Shown here: positions 9,517-20,031 of the stretch, piece after piece
Position numbering within the stretch: position 1 is the stretch's first letter
Layout: each line of letters opens with the position of its first letter
Assembly: GCA_963766005.1 (NCBI GenBank)
Contig: CAVXYG010000001.1
Location: forward strand, 2,410 to 66,409
DNA: 64,000 bases
Direction: 5' to 3'
From: an uncultured Actinomycetota bacterium
GTDB lineage: Bacteria > Actinomycetota > Actinomycetes > S36-B12 > GCA-2699445
Made by a program: the position numbers and the translations under genes
The notes under the pieces: generated by a model
The model's database searches: none
Seen by the model: the letters and a program-made list of their open reading frames with translations, nothing else
Told to the model about the DNA's origin: nothing

Positions 9517-9663
9517 CCGGGCCGATGCCCAGGGCACCGACCTGGTCCAGCAGTCCGATCCGTGCCCGGACATCGGCGCGCATCCGCTGTTCCTGCGTCG
9601 TGGCCCTCCGACGGTCGCGAGACGCCCCCTCGTCGTGCCCGTCCCGACGTGAGCGCCGGGGAG

Positions 9664-10209
9664 CTACGCCCTCGAGGGCGACGTGACCGGCACCTTGATC
9701 GATCCCATCGACTCGATCGGGTGCCAGGTCTTGTCCGACAGCACAATGCCGAGGCAGGCGATACCGCGGTCGTTCACGACCTCCCGCGATTCCGCTGTCG
9801 GGAAGATCGGGGCCACGTCGAACCGGCTGTCGACGAATGGCTCTCCGGTGTACTCCTCCACGGCCGCCGCACGTGCCTCGTACACCCGGCTCGTCAGCAC
9901 TTCCTCGCTCGGCAACTCCGCCTCGCCGGAGAAGAAGTCGTCGTCGACGAGGACGACTTCCCCGGTGTGCGCCTCGCTGCACGACACGGCGTCGTCTTGC
10001 GCCACCTCGAGGACGGCATCGGCGTCCGCCTCGTCGACCGACGCCGGCAACGATGGGTCGTTCACGCAGTCTCCGACCTGCAGCGCGAGGACCCCGAGGT
10101 CGCCGCCCTGAGTGATCTCGCCGGCATCGTCCCTGACGGTGGTGTCGACCACGCTACTGGCACATCCCGCCAGGGCCAGGAGCGAAAGCCCGGCCAAGCC
10201 CACCAGCAT
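9664..10209 (-). CDS. Lipoprotein with a possible septum-formation-type domain
   Basis: Uses the internal ATG at 10209 of track ORF 9664..10545. Signal sequence is MLVGLAGLSLLALAGC (lipobox LAGC). A VGDC...SC.EAHTGEVV pattern is present. Confidence 0.65.
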   Translation of the reverse strand: MLVGLAGLSLLALAGCASSVVDTTVRDDAGEITQGGDLGVLALQVGDCVNDPSLPASVDEADADAVLEVAQDDAVSCSEAHTGEVVLVDDDFFSGEAELPSEEVLTSRVYEARAAAVEEYTGEPFVDSRFDVAPIFPTAESREVVNDRGIACLGIVLSDKTWHPIESMGSIKVPVTSPSRA

Positions 10210-10579
10210 GGAGTCCTTGATCCCCCGTTGACCCCTTCCTCTTCTGCAATCTTCCAGAGGAACGCATCTCCTCAAATCTGCACTTTTCGTGATCGGCCGA
10301 TGACTTGCCGTAATTGTGCGGGCGCCACTGGCGCATCCACCGCCGCAGCGACCCCCGTGCCACGGCACGGCAGGACCCGCGGGCCGCGGAGCAGGGAATG
10401 AGCGACCGAGCCGACCGATACCGGCGCACCTGTCACCCGGCTTGCGGCGCGGCGCGATGGTCCTCGCTACCGCGGCAAAGGCCTTCGCGCCCCGCTGCGG
10501 TTTCGGGCGCGGTGCTGATCGATCGAGGGCCTTCTGACCCGTCACCGAACAGCAACGGGGCCGGCCGTCCCCGGGAGCG

Positions 10580-11701
10580 CTACTCCGGCGCCGCAGCCAG
10601 TTGCCCGCAGGCGCCGTCGATCTCCTGGCCCCGAGTGTCCCGGACGCTCACCGCGATCCGGCGGCGACGCAGCGCCGCGACGAAGGCGTCCTCGTCGGAC
10701 CGCCGCGACGCGGTCCACTTGGAGCCGGGGGTGGGGTTGAGCGGGATGAGGTTCACGTGGGCCAGATGACCGCTCAGCAGGTCGGCCAGAGCTTCGGCCC
10801 GCCAGACCTGGTCGTTGATATCGCGGATCAGCGCGTACTCGATGCTCACGCGTCGGCCTGTGGCCTCGGCGTAGCCCCAAGCGGCGTCCAGCACTTCGGC
10901 AACCGGCCACCGGTTGTTCACCGGCACGAGTTCGTCGCGCAACTCGTCGTCCGGAGCGTGCAGGGAGACTGCCAGCGTCACCGGGATGCCCTCGGTCGCC
11001 AGCTCACGCATCCGGGGGACCAGCCCGACCGTGCTGACGGTGATCTTGCGCGCGGAGATGCCCAGCCCGGCCGGCGCCGGGGCCGTCAACCGTCGAACCG
11101 CGGCGATGACCGCCCGGTAGTTCGCCATGGGCTCGCCCATACCCATGAAGACGATATTCGACACCCGGCTGCCGGCACCGTCGCCCAGATCGGAGACCGC
11201 CATCTCCCGTGCACCGGCAAGGACCTGCTCGACGATCTCGGCGGTGGAGAGGTTGCGCGTCAGGCCCGCCTGACCCGTGGCGCAGAAGGGGCAGTTCATG
11301 CCGCACCCGGCCTGGGACGAGACGCACATCGTGACCCGGTCGTCGTAGCGCATCAACACGCTCTCGACCAACGCACCCTCGTGCAGGCGCCACAGCGACT
11401 TGCGAGTCTCCCCGTCGTCGGTCATCTGCTCGCGCACCGGTGTCAGCAGCGGCGGAAACAGCTGCTCGGCGATCTGCGTGCGCATGCCCTTGGGAAGGTC
11501 GGTCCACTGCGTCGGATCGGACGACAGTCGGCCGAAGTACTGCCGGGCGATCTGGTCGGCCCGGTATGCCGGATAGCCGAGGTCCGCCAGCGCTTCGGCG
11601 CGCTCCTTCGGTTCAAGATCGGCGAAGTGGCGCGGCGGCTTCCCCCGCCGCGGCGCTTCGAAGACCAGCAGTGGGGCGTCGGTCGCCATGTCAGATGCCA
11701 A
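10580..11701 (-). CDS. rlmN: 23S rRNA/tRNA (adenine-C2)-methyltransferase, radical SAM
   Basis: Track ORF has the [11 protein letters not shown] (CxxxCxxC) motif and a GMGEP motif. Confidence 0.9.
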   Translation of the reverse strand: MASDMATDAPLLVFEAPRRGKPPRHFADLEPKERAEALADLGYPAYRADQIARQYFGRLSSDPTQWTDLPKGMRTQIAEQLFPPLLTPVREQMTDDGETRKSLWRLHEGALVESVLMRYDDRVTMCVSSQAGCGMNCPFCATGQAGLTRNLSTAEIVEQVLAGAREMAVSDLGDGAGSRVSNIVFMGMGEPMANYRAVIAAVRRLTAPAPAGLGISARKITVSTVGLVPRMRELATEGIPVTLAVSLHAPDDELRDELVPVNNRWPVAEVLDAAWGYAEATGRRVSIEYALIRDINDQVWRAEALADLLSGHLAHVNLIPLNPTPGSKWTASRRSDEDAFVAALRRRRIAVSVRDTRGQEIDGACGQLAAAPE

Positions 11702-12632
11702 GGAACCAGGCGAAGAACGCCCAGGAGACGAAGGCGTTGGGAATGAGCGAATCCAGCCGGTCCATCACCCCGCCGTGCCCCGGCACCAGAGTGCCCATGT
11801 CCTTCACCCCGAGGTCGCGCTTCAGCGCGCTTTCGACGAAGTCGCCCAGGGTCGCGGTCACCGTCATCGCCAGCCCCAGGACGACGCCCTGCCACCACGA
11901 GGCCTCCAGCGCGAAGGTGAACATCAGCGCACCCAGCAGCGCCTGCAGGGTCAACGATCCGGCGAATCCCTCCCAGGACTTCTTCGGAGAGATGCTCGCA
12001 TCCATGGGGTGCTTGCCGAAGAGCACACCGGCGATGTAGCCGCCGATGTCGCTGCCCACCGTGAGCAGGACATAGGTCGCGATGAGCCAGGCGCCGGTGT
12101 CCAAGCCGAGGGGGCCCTCCCCCTCGGCGGCCAGCGTCAGCACGGCGAAGCCGAGCATCAGCGGCAGGTAGGCAGCCACGAACACACTGCCGGTGACGTC
12201 CTGCACATAGCCCTGGACGCGGAATGCGCCGTCGTCGCGGACCCGGAGACGGAAGAGCATCAGTACCAGGACGAGCACGGCGAACGACACCAGATGGCCC
12301 ACCACGCCGACCTCGTAGGCCACGAACGCGATGATCGGCAGCGACACCAGGATGGGGATGCGCAGGATTCGGTACCCGTGACCCCTCATCGCATCGCTCA
12401 ACTCGACCGCGCCGGCCCAGACAGCGACCACGCCCACCACCGCGAAGAGCCACTTGGCGAACACCAGGCTGACGGCCACCAGAATCAGCAGCCCTGCGCC
12501 GACCCCGACTGCGACGGGCAGGTTGCGGCCGGCCCGAGACGCCTTGGGTGCCTCGGGAGCAGGCGCCTGCTCATCCGGCCCGGGTGTACCGGGCGGACCT
12601 GCCTGATCGTCGGTCGTGGGATCGTCGCTCAT
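11691..12632 (-). CDS. cdsA: Phosphatidate cytidylyltransferase
   Basis: Multi-TM track ORF with the C-terminal signature [29 protein letters not shown]. Confidence 0.9.
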   Translation of the reverse strand: MSDDPTTDDQAGPPGTPGPDEQAPAPEAPKASRAGRNLPVAVGVGAGLLILVAVSLVFAKWLFAVVGVVAVWAGAVELSDAMRGHGYRILRIPILVSLPIIAFVAYEVGVVGHLVSFAVLVLVLMLFRLRVRDDGAFRVQGYVQDVTGSVFVAAYLPLMLGFAVLTLAAEGEGPLGLDTGAWLIATYVLLTVGSDIGGYIAGVLFGKHPMDASISPKKSWEGFAGSLTLQALLGALMFTFALEASWWQGVVLGLAMTVTATLGDFVESALKRDLGVKDMGTLVPGHGGVMDRLDSLIPNAFVSWAFFAWFLGI

Positions 12633-12633
12633 G

Positions 12634-13191
12634 TCACACCTCGAGGAGTTCTGATTCCTTGTGTTTCAGCAGCTCGTCCACCCGCGCGACATGTGCCGCC
12701 GTGAACGAGTCCAGCTGCTTCTCGGCGCGCTTGGCCTCGTCCTCCCCCGCGTCTCCGTCCTTGATCATCTTCTCCAGGTGCTGCATGCTGTGGCGCCGAA
12801 TGTTGCGGATCGACACCTTGGCATCCTCCGCCTTCGTGCGGGCCAGCTTGATGTACTCGCGGCGGCGCTCCTCGGTCAGCTCCGGCAGGACCACGCGGAT
12901 GATGGAGCCGTCATTGGCCGGGTTCACGCCGAGGTCTGAATCCCGGATCGCCTTCTCAATGCCGACCAGCGATCCCTTGTCGTAGGGGCTCACGATGATC
13001 ATGCGCGCCTCCGGCGACTGGAACGATGCCAACTGGTTCAAGGGCGTCGGCACGCCGTAGTACTCGACGCTGACCTTGTTGAACATCGCCGGATTCGCCC
13101 GGCCGGTGCGGATCGTGGCGAAGTCCTCGCGCGCCACCTCCACGGCCTTGTCCATCTTGTCCTCGGCCTCGAGGAGTTCCTCGTCGATCAC
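12634..13191 (-). CDS. frr: Ribosome recycling factor
   Basis: Uses the GTG at 13191 inside track ORF 12634..13434. Sequence [37 protein letters not shown]...VSIRNIRR; 185 aa. Confidence 0.9.
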   Translation of the reverse strand: MIDEELLEAEDKMDKAVEVAREDFATIRTGRANPAMFNKVSVEYYGVPTPLNQLASFQSPEARMIIVSPYDKGSLVGIEKAIRDSDLGVNPANDGSIIRVVLPELTEERRREYIKLARTKAEDAKVSIRNIRRHSMQHLEKMIKDGDAGEDEAKRAEKQLDSFTAAHVARVDELLKHKESELLEV

Positions 13192-13216
13192 GTCCGCTCC
13201 AGTCGCGTGTGGGCTG

Positions 13217-14047
13217 CTAGTTGACCAAAGTACCGATCTTGTCACCCCGAACCGCGCGGGCGATGTTGCCGTGCTGCAGCAAGTTGAACACGACGATCGG
13301 CATCTCATTGTCGCGGCACAGACTGATCGCCGTAGCATCGGCCACCTTGAGGTCGCGCTGCAGCACCTCGTCGTAGCTGAGCCGCTCGAAGCGCCGGGCA
13401 TCGGGATTGGTCCGGGGATCGCTGTCGTAGACACCGTCGACGCCTTTGGCCATCAGCACGATCTGGGCGCCAATCTCCAGCGCCCGCTGCGCCGCGGTGG
13501 TGTCGGTGGAGAAGTACGGCGCTCCGAGACCACCGCCGAAGATGACGACACGGCCCTTGTCCAGGTGCCGCTCGGCCCGGCGCGGCACGTACGGCTCGGC
13601 GACCTGTCCCATGGAGATGGAGGTCTGCACGCGGGTAGGGACACCCTGCGCCTCCAGGAAGTCCTGCAGTGCCAGGCAGTTCATGACCGTGCCCAGCATG
13701 CCCATGTAGTCGGCCCGGCCCCGATCCATCCCGGCACGGCTCAGCTCCGAGCCCCGGAAGTAGTTGCCGCCCCCGATCACGACCGCGACTTGGACGCCGC
13801 GCTCGACGACTGCGGCGATCTGCTCGGCGATGGAGGCAACGGTCGCGGGATCGACCCCGAGCCCGCCGCCGCCTGCGAAGGCCTCGCCGGACAGCTTGAG
13901 CAGCACCCGGTGAAAGCCGCCCTCCGGCGCCTCCGGCCAGGACTCCGCCGTCCCTTCCAGGACCGCCTGCGCCGATGCCGGCCCCGCCGTCCCGACTCCG
14001 CCGGTCACCGTCATCGTTCCACCCTTCCGCGAGCTCACGAGGCCCAT
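13217..14047 (-). CDS. pyrH: UMP kinase
   Basis: Track ORF has [20 protein letters not shown] and [12 protein letters not shown] motifs. The alternative start at 14014 also has an RBS. Confidence 0.9.
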   Translation of the reverse strand: MGLVSSRKGGTMTVTGGVGTAGPASAQAVLEGTAESWPEAPEGGFHRVLLKLSGEAFAGGGGLGVDPATVASIAEQIAAVVERGVQVAVVIGGGNYFRGSELSRAGMDRGRADYMGMLGTVMNCLALQDFLEAQGVPTRVQTSISMGQVAEPYVPRRAERHLDKGRVVIFGGGLGAPYFSTDTTAAQRALEIGAQIVLMAKGVDGVYDSDPRTNPDARRFERLSYDEVLQRDLKVADATAISLCRDNEMPIVVFNLLQHGNIARAVRGDKIGTLVN

Positions 14048-14117
14048 CCGGTGCCCTCAGTCTGCCGTACCCGGACCAACGATGGGCGGGACACCCCAAT
14101 GGCCGCGGACAAAGACG

Positions 14118-14152
14118 CAGCGGCGGCCGCCCGATGTGGACGGCCGCCGCTG
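14118..14152 (-). terminator. Intrinsic-terminator-like hairpin downstream of tsf
   Basis: Perfect 12-bp stem CAGCGGCGGCCG / CGGCCGCCGCTG with an 11-nt loop. On the transcribed strand it is followed by CGUCUUUGU. Confidence 0.6.
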
Positions 14153-14163
14153 TCGTGTCGGTC

Positions 14164-14976
14164 TCAGGCGCCGATCTCCAGACGGACGAAGCCGGAGACC
14201 GTGGTCCCCGCCTCGTCCAGCATGGCCCGGACCGTGCGCTTGCTGTCCAGGATCGATGCCTGCTCCAGCAGGCAGTGCTCCTTGACGTACCCGTTGACCC
14301 GGCCCTCCACGATCTTGGGCAGGGCCCGCTCGGGCTTGCCCTCCTCGCGCGCGGTCGCCTCGGCGATGCGCCGCTCGTTGTCCAGGACGTCCGAGGGGAT
14401 GTCGTCGCGGGTGAGGTATGTCGGCCGCATGGCCGCGACCTGCATCGCGACGGTACGTGCCGCCTCCGCCGAGCCCTCGTAGGCGACCACGACGCCGGTC
14501 TGTGCGGGCAGGTCGCCGGACTTGCGGTGCAGGTAGACCATGACGTCGCCGTCGAGGTGCGCGACCCGCCCGGCGGCGAGCTTCTCGCCGATCACGCCGG
14601 AGAGGCTCTCGACCTCCTCGGTGACGGTCTTCCCGGAATCGAGGACCAGGCCCTGCAGCGCCGCAGCGTCGGTCGGCCGGGCAGCGTCGGCGGCTGCCGC
14701 GATCCGGGCGCCGAGTCCCTGGAATTCCGTGTTCTTCGCGACGAAGTCCGTCTCGCAGAGCAATTCCACGACCGTGCCGCCCTGCTGGGCAACCAGTCCG
14801 TTGGAAGCCGCCCGGCCCGACCGCTTGGCGGCCTTGGCCGCTCCGGAGATCCGAAGGATCTCCACAGCCTTGTCGTAGTCGCCGTCGGCCTCGACGAGTG
14901 CCTTCTTGCACTCCATCATCCCGGCGCCGGTAGCGTCGCGGAGCTTCTTGACCTCCGCAGCGGTGATGTTCGCCAT
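14164..14976 (-). CDS. tsf: Translation elongation factor Ts
   Basis: Track ORF starts [27 protein letters not shown]. Confidence 0.93.
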   Translation of the reverse strand: MANITAAEVKKLRDATGAGMMECKKALVEADGDYDKAVEILRISGAAKAAKRSGRAASNGLVAQQGGTVVELLCETDFVAKNTEFQGLGARIAAAADAARPTDAAALQGLVLDSGKTVTEEVESLSGVIGEKLAAGRVAHLDGDVMVYLHRKSGDLPAQTGVVVAYEGSAEAARTVAMQVAAMRPTYLTRDDIPSDVLDNERRIAEATAREEGKPERALPKIVEGRVNGYVKEHCLLEQASILDSKRTVRAMLDEAGTTVSGFVRLEIGA

Positions 14977-15056
14977 CTCGTTGTGTCTCCTTCATGGCAG
15001 GGCGGGGCCGCGACAGCGGTCGCCCTGTCGGTCTCCTGCGTGGCGCTCGAGCGGAC

Positions 15057-16027
15057 TCAGGCCTGCTCGGCGGTGGTCGGCGCGTCTCCGGTCGGTGCCT
15101 CGGCGATCGGCTCGGCCGGTGCCTCGGCTGCCGGCTCGGCAGCGGCCTCGGCTGCGGCTCGGCCGGTGCCTCGGCTGCCGGCTCGGCAGCGGCCTCAGCG
15201 GCGACGCGCTTCTCGTCGGCAGCGATCTCAGCAGCCTCGTCCGGGCCCGGCGCAGCCATGGCCTCCCCCGCCACGAGCAGTTCCCGCTCCCACTCCGGCA
15301 TCGGCTCGGCGTCGGTGGCCGCGGCCTCCGATGCCCCGGCTCGGGCAACGAGTCCCTCGGCGACGGCGTCGGCGATCACCCGCGTCAGCAGCCCGACTGC
15401 GCGAATGGCATCGTCGTTGCCGGGGATCGGGAAGTCGACCTCCTGCGGATCGCAGTTGGTGTCGAGGATGCCCACGACCGGGATGCCCAGCTTGCGCGCC
15501 TCGGCGACGGCGATGTGCTCCTTGTTGGTGTCCACGACCCAGATCGCGCTCGGCGGGCGCTGCATATCGCGGATACCGCCGAGGGTGCGCTCGAGCTTGT
15601 CCTTCTCGCGACGCAGGACCAACAGCTCCTTCTTCGTCATGCCGGAACCGGCGACGTCGTCGAAGTTGATCTCCTGCAGCTCCTTGAGTCGCTGCAGCCG
15701 CTTGTGGACCGTGTTGAAGTTGGTGAGCATGCCGCCGAGCCAGCGCTGGTTGACGTACGGCATGCCGACGCGCGCGGCCTGCTGCTCGATGGCCTCCTGA
15801 GCCTGCTTCTTCGTGCCGATGAACAGGATCGTTCCGCCCTTGGCCACGGTGTTCTTCACGAACTCGTAGGAGGAATCGATGTAGGTCAGGCTCTGCTGCA
15901 AATCGATGATGTAGATGCCATTGCGCTCGGTGAAGATATGGCGCTTCATCTTGGGGTTCCAGCGCCGGGTCTGGTGTCCGAAGTGGACGCCGGAGTCCAG
16001 CAGCTGGCGCATGGTGACGACAGCCAT
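15057..16027 (-). CDS. rpsB: 30S ribosomal protein S2, with an apparent 1-nt deletion in its Ala/Glu/Pro-rich C-terminal tail
   Basis: Starts at ATG 16027 ([27 protein letters not shown]...) inside track ORF 14057..16342. After ~15153 the natural tail ...[23 protein letters not shown] is in another frame and ends at TGA 15057. As sequenced, the frame instead runs on through tsf. Confidence 0.85.
15109..15196. repeat. Tandem repeat in the rpsB tail: two identical 41-nt cores spaced 47 nt apart (48 nt would keep the frame)
   Basis: GGCTCGGCCGGTGCCTCGGCTGCCGGCTCGGCAGCGGCCTC occurs at 15109..15149 and 15156..15196. Confidence 0.9.
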
Positions 16028-16045
16028 GGTGATGTGCCCTTCTGC

Positions 16046-16085
16046 GGTGCCTTGCGGCACCTGTTGCGGTGCCGGTGTCGGCACC
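16046..16085 (-). promoter_or_regulatory. Twin hairpins with identical arms in the rpsB 5' leader, just upstream of the SD
   Basis: On the mRNA: GGUGCCG-ACAC-CGGCACC (16085..16068), a 6-nt spacer, then GGUGCC-GCAA-GGCACC (16061..16046, GNRA loop), then GCAGAAGGGCACAUCACC-AUG. Confidence 0.35.
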
Positions 16086-16226
16086 TGGTGTCGGTTCCGG
16101 TGGCGGAGCCACCCCTGGTGCTCGGGAATCACGCCCAACCCCGAAGGGACCGCAGGGCGTGACCGGCGCAACGATCTGACCGACCGCTCCGAGCACGCGA
16201 AATATGCCGCCGTGGCGGCGCTTGCC

Positions 16227-16257
16227 AGTGTAGCCGAGCACAGGGGCGGCCAGCCAA
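16227..16257 (-). promoter_or_regulatory. Candidate rpsB-tsf promoter (-35 TTGGCT, 19-nt spacer, -10 TACACT)
   Basis: Read on the minus strand. The -10 region resembles the TGGCACACTG motif found upstream of rpsP and rplS. Confidence 0.3.
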
Positions 16258-16404
16258 CCACGCGTTCCGGCCGCACCGGGGGCCACCGATGCACGCAGCC
16301 GCGGCGCTGCGGCGGGCTGGCGCCGGCGATCCACCGGGCCAAGCCAATCCCCAGACCGGCTCGGCTCGGCTGCGGCCACCGCGAGTGCCCGCCATGGTGT
16401 CGGA

Positions 16405-16948
16405 GTGCGCCCTGGACTTCTGCTGTCGATCCTCTTCCTCATCCCTGCTCTCGGCAGCGACGCAGCGGCGTCGGCGTCGCTGCCGATGCCGTGCCGTGCC
16501 GATCAGCGACACCGCCGCATCGGCTGTGTCCGGGCCTCGTCCGCAGGCAGGATGGCCGCTCTCGGGCCGCCCCGTCGTCGTGCACGGCTTCGCGCCGCCG
16601 CCGCAACCGTGGTTGGCCGGCCATCGCGGTGTCGATCTCCGCAGCAGCAGCGGGGCTGTCGTCCGCGCGCCGATCACGGGGCGGGTCGAAGTGGCGCGCA
16701 CCATCGTGGACCGGGGTGTGCTGGTCCTGCGATCCGGCTCGATCCAGGTCAGCCTGGAGCCGGTCTCCGCGGTGGTCCTCGTCGGGGATTTCGTGCAAGC
16801 CGGGGACCCGATCGGCGTCGTGGCCGACGGCCGCAGTCACTGCGCGCCTCAGCATTGCCTGCACTGGGGACTGCGCGTGGCCGGGGAGTACCGCGATCCG
16901 CTGCTCCTGGTTCGCCGCTACCGTGCGGTGCTGCTGCCCGTCGACTGA
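16405..16948 (+). CDS. M23 (LytM-type) metallopeptidase. The signal peptide and the catalytic domain are in different frames as sequenced.
   Basis: The catalytic part lies in the frame of track ORF 16289..16948 ([10 protein letters not shown]...HCLHWGLR). A signal-like N-terminus, [24 protein letters not shown], lies in the frame of ORF 16405. The switch falls near the GCCGT-GCCGT-GCCG repeat at ~16488..16500. Confidence 0.65.
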
Positions 16949-17769
16949 CCGCCGATCGGCTCGAGCAGCTCGCGGACTTCGTCGGGGCCGCTGACGAGGA
17001 CCGCCACGTGGTCGCGGATGAGGCTGTGGCACCCGGCATGCACCGGATCGTCGACCGGCCCGGGGACCGCCATGACGATCCGGCCCAGCTCGGCCGCACG
17101 CCGGGCTGTCGCAAGCGCTCCCGACCGCTGGGCCGCCTGGACGACCAGGGTTGCGGGGGTGAGGGCTGCGATCAGGCGGTTGCGGGTGAGGAAGCGGTGA
17201 CGTGCCGGCGAGGTACCCGGCGGCACCTCCGACACGACGGTGCCGTGCTCGACCACGCGATCGAGCAGCTCGGCGTGGCTGCGCGGCGATGCGACATCCA
17301 CGCCGCCGGCGAGCACCGCCACGGTCCGGCCGCGGCATTGGAGGGCGCCGCGGTGCGCGGCCGCATCGATGCCGAAGGCGCCGCCACTGACGATCGTGTA
17401 GTCATCCGAGGCCAGCGACGCCGACCACTGCACGGCGATCTCGCGGCCCGGCCCCGTGGCCGCTCGCGCCCCGACGACGGTCAGCGAGCGCAGCAGCGAT
17501 ACCCGCAACGGCTTGCCCCGGACCCAGAGCATCAGCGGTGGAGCCTCGAGGTCGTCCAACTGGGTCGGCCATCCCGCGTCGCCGGGGATCAGCGTCTCGA
17601 TGCCGGCGGTGCGCCACCTCGTGAGGTCCTCCGCGGCCCGCGCCAACACCACCTCGGTGGCGCCCAGAGCGGCGACCGCTCCCACCTGGCGCACCAGTGC
17701 CGCCGTGGCCTGGTCGGCAGGCTCCGCGCTACGGCTCAGTGCGATTCGGGCAAGTCGTTCGATCTCCAT
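16918..17769 (-). CDS. dprA: DNA-processing protein DprA
   Basis: Track ORF has SGGAFGIDAAAHRGAL and FLTRNRLIAAL motifs. Confidence 0.85.
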   Translation of the reverse strand: MEIERLARIALSRSAEPADQATAALVRQVGAVAALGATEVVLARAAEDLTRWRTAGIETLIPGDAGWPTQLDDLEAPPLMLWVRGKPLRVSLLRSLTVVGARAATGPGREIAVQWSASLASDDYTIVSGGAFGIDAAAHRGALQCRGRTVAVLAGGVDVASPRSHAELLDRVVEHGTVVSEVPPGTSPARHRFLTRNRLIAALTPATLVVQAAQRSGALATARRAAELGRIVMAVPGPVDDPVHAGCHSLIRDHVAVLVSGPDEVRELLEPIGGQSTGSSTAR

Positions 17770-17892
17770 CAGTCCCTCCCCCGCTCAGGGTGGGGCGAGC
17801 CGTGACGGTTCGTGGGCGAGCCTTCGATGCGTGGGGATGGGCTGCGGGCTGTGGACGGGGCGGGGATCGGCCCGGGTCGGCGGTCCGCGCCG

Positions 17893-18663
17893 TCAGCGGC
17901 CCGCGCCGGTGGGGGTCGCCGGGTCGGCACCCGTCCCGGGCGGCAGGATGAGCAGTTGCTCCCCGTCGGCCAAGCGACGCCAGGTCCGGCGACGTTCGGG
18001 GTCGAGTCCATGCAGTTGCTCGTCGGTGCCGGGCAGCTGCCAGCTCAGCCGGTGGTGCTTCGATGGGCCCTGCTGCGCGATCGCCGAGAGATGCTCGGGT
18101 GCTGCGTACCCCTTGTTGCTGCACCAGCCGTAGCCCAACCCGGGATTGTCCAGCCGGGCCATGATCCGGTCCCGCTCGACCTTCGCCAGCACGCTGGCCG
18201 CGGCAACCGACGAGCAATCGCGGTCCGCCTTGACCCGCATCGTCACCCGATGCGACCCGGGGAACTCCGGCACGCCGTCGCCGGTCGATCCAAGCCAGTC
18301 GTGGGAGCCGTCGAGCAGGACGGCCGCCACCGGCCGGCCGAGCGCGCGCAGTGCGCGCACGCCCGCCAGCCGCAGCGCAGCGGTCAGCCCGACGACATCG
18401 ATCTCCTCGGCCGAGGCGTGGCCGACACCGTGCGCCGGCGCCCACCGAAGCACCCGAGGGTAGAGCGCCTCGCGCTGCTTGGGACTGAGCGCCTTGCTGT
18501 CCCGCAGACCGGTCGGCGCCGAGCGGGTTTCCGTCAGCACGAGGACCGCCCCTACCGTGACCGGACCGGCCAGCGACCCGCGGCCCACTTCGTCCATCCC
18601 GACGACGCTGGCCGCGCCGGCGCGAAGGAGTCTGCGTTCGTGGGTCAGCGATGGTCGAGACAT
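17893..18663 (-). CDS. rnhB: Ribonuclease HII
   Basis: Track ORF has VVGMDEVGRGSLAGPV and DSKALS motifs. Confidence 0.9.
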   Translation of the reverse strand: MSRPSLTHERRLLRAGAASVVGMDEVGRGSLAGPVTVGAVLVLTETRSAPTGLRDSKALSPKQREALYPRVLRWAPAHGVGHASAEEIDVVGLTAALRLAGVRALRALGRPVAAVLLDGSHDWLGSTGDGVPEFPGSHRVTMRVKADRDCSSVAAASVLAKVERDRIMARLDNPGLGYGWCSNKGYAAPEHLSAIAQQGPSKHHRLSWQLPGTDEQLHGLDPERRRTWRRLADGEQLLILPPGTGADPATPTGAGR

Positions 18664-18672
18664 CCGCCGTCG

Positions 18673-19512
18673 CTACCCCGCTGCTGCCGGAGTTCCGGCG
18701 CCGGCCGGTGCCGGGGTTGGTCCCGGGGATGCCGCCCCCGCCGACCGGTCACCGGCGGAGTCCGCCGCAGCCCGCGCCCCATCCGCAGCCTCTGCCGGCA
18801 TCGACGACTGCGACCGCACCAAGCCCCACCGGTCCCACGGCCAGATCACCATGGCGACCCGCCCGATCGCCCGGTCCACCGGCACCATGCCGCCACCCGG
18901 GTCGCCGAGGTGCGCCCGGGAATCGGCCGATGCCGAGCGGTGGTCGCCCATGAGCCACATGTGGCCGTCGGGCACGACGACGTCGAAGGGCTGGGTGCTG
19001 GGTAGATCGCCGGGGTAGAGGTACGGCTCCACCAGGGGTTCGCCGTTGACGAGAATCGCCCCGGCCTCGTCGCAGCACTGCACGCGGTCGCCGCCGACAC
19101 CGATGAGCCGTTTGACGAACACCGTGTCGGGCGGGGCGACGAGTCCCACGGTGCGCCCCAGTTCCAGGGCGACGCGCTCCAGCAGGTTCGCTCCAACGTC
19201 GGCGGGCGGGGCCTGCGTGAACGTGCCGGCACCGTCGAACACGACGACGTCTCCCCGCTGCGGTTCGCCAATGCGGTAGGCGATCCGATTCACCGCGACA
19301 CGATCGCCCACCTCGAGCGTGTCCTCCATCGAGCCGGAGGGGATGAAGAAGACCTGGACCAGGAACGTCTTGACCAGCAGCGCCACCACGAGCGCGACAA
19401 CGATCGTGAGCGGGAGTTCGATCCAGCCCGGGATCCGTCGGCGTCCTGGGCGCTCCTGAGCCTGCGCCGCCGACCCGTCCGAGGACGGGACCGCGCCAGC
19501 GGAATCAGACAC
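18673..19512 (-). CDS. lepB: Signal peptidase I
   Basis: Track ORF has an N-terminal TM segment and IPSGSMEDTL and GDHRSASADSR motifs. Confidence 0.9.
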   Translation of the reverse strand: MSDSAGAVPSSDGSAAQAQERPGRRRIPGWIELPLTIVVALVVALLVKTFLVQVFFIPSGSMEDTLEVGDRVAVNRIAYRIGEPQRGDVVVFDGAGTFTQAPPADVGANLLERVALELGRTVGLVAPPDTVFVKRLIGVGGDRVQCCDEAGAILVNGEPLVEPYLYPGDLPSTQPFDVVVPDGHMWLMGDHRSASADSRAHLGDPGGGMVPVDRAIGRVAMVIWPWDRWGLVRSQSSMPAEAADGARAAADSAGDRSAGAASPGPTPAPAGAGTPAAAG

Positions 19513-19554
19513 GTCGAGCAGTCTCGCCGCTGCGGCAGTCGCCGCGGGCAGTCA

Positions 19555-19908
19555 TCAGCCGGCGTTGTGGCGGCGCTCGCGGATCTTGGCGGCCTTGCCG
19601 CGACGCTCGCGCAGATAGTAGAGCTTCGCCCGGCGGACATCGCCGCGAGTCACCACCTCGATCTTGTCGACCGACGGGGTGTGCACCGGGAAGGTCCGCT
19701 CAACGCCGACGCCGAAGGACACCTTGCGCACGGTGAACGTCTCGCCGATTCCGCCGCCCTGCCGGGCGATCACGGCGCCCTGGAACATCTGGATCCGCGA
19801 GCGGCTGCCCTCGATGACCTTCACATGGACCTTCACCGTGTCGCCGGGTCGGAAGTCCGGGATGTCGCTGCGCAAGGAGGTCGCATTGACCGAGTCGAGG
19901 GTGTGCAT
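19555..19908 (-). CDS. rplS: 50S ribosomal protein L19
   Basis: Uses the internal ATG at 19908 of track ORF 19555..20775. Sequence [44 protein letters not shown]...; 117 aa. Confidence 0.93.
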   Translation of the reverse strand: MHTLDSVNATSLRSDIPDFRPGDTVKVHVKVIEGSRSRIQMFQGAVIARQGGGIGETFTVRKVSFGVGVERTFPVHTPSVDKIEVVTRGDVRRAKLYYLRERRGKAAKIRERRHNAG

Positions 19909-20031
19909 GGGGTGTCCATTCCGCAGGCGCCACAGGTCGCCCGCCGTCGTCCGGCGCTCGCCGGTGATGAGTTCATGCGGTGCAGCGCCGTCCCGGGGCT
20001 CCCTGCGGCAAGCGGACCCGCGGCGCGGCTT

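Noticed and set aside
6140-9982. 1280-aa minus-strand ORF, the longest in the track
   Set aside because: It is Arg/Pro/Gly-rich low-complexity translation. It overlaps well supported genes (dxr, acyl-CoA dehydrogenase, META lipoprotein) out of frame or antisense. This is a typical stop-codon-poor artefact of very GC-rich DNA.
14057-16342. 761-aa ORF apparently fusing rpsB to sequence covering tsf
   Set aside because: Only the segment 16027..~15153 is S2. The remainder is an out-of-frame read-through of tsf caused by the 1-nt deficit in the tail repeat.
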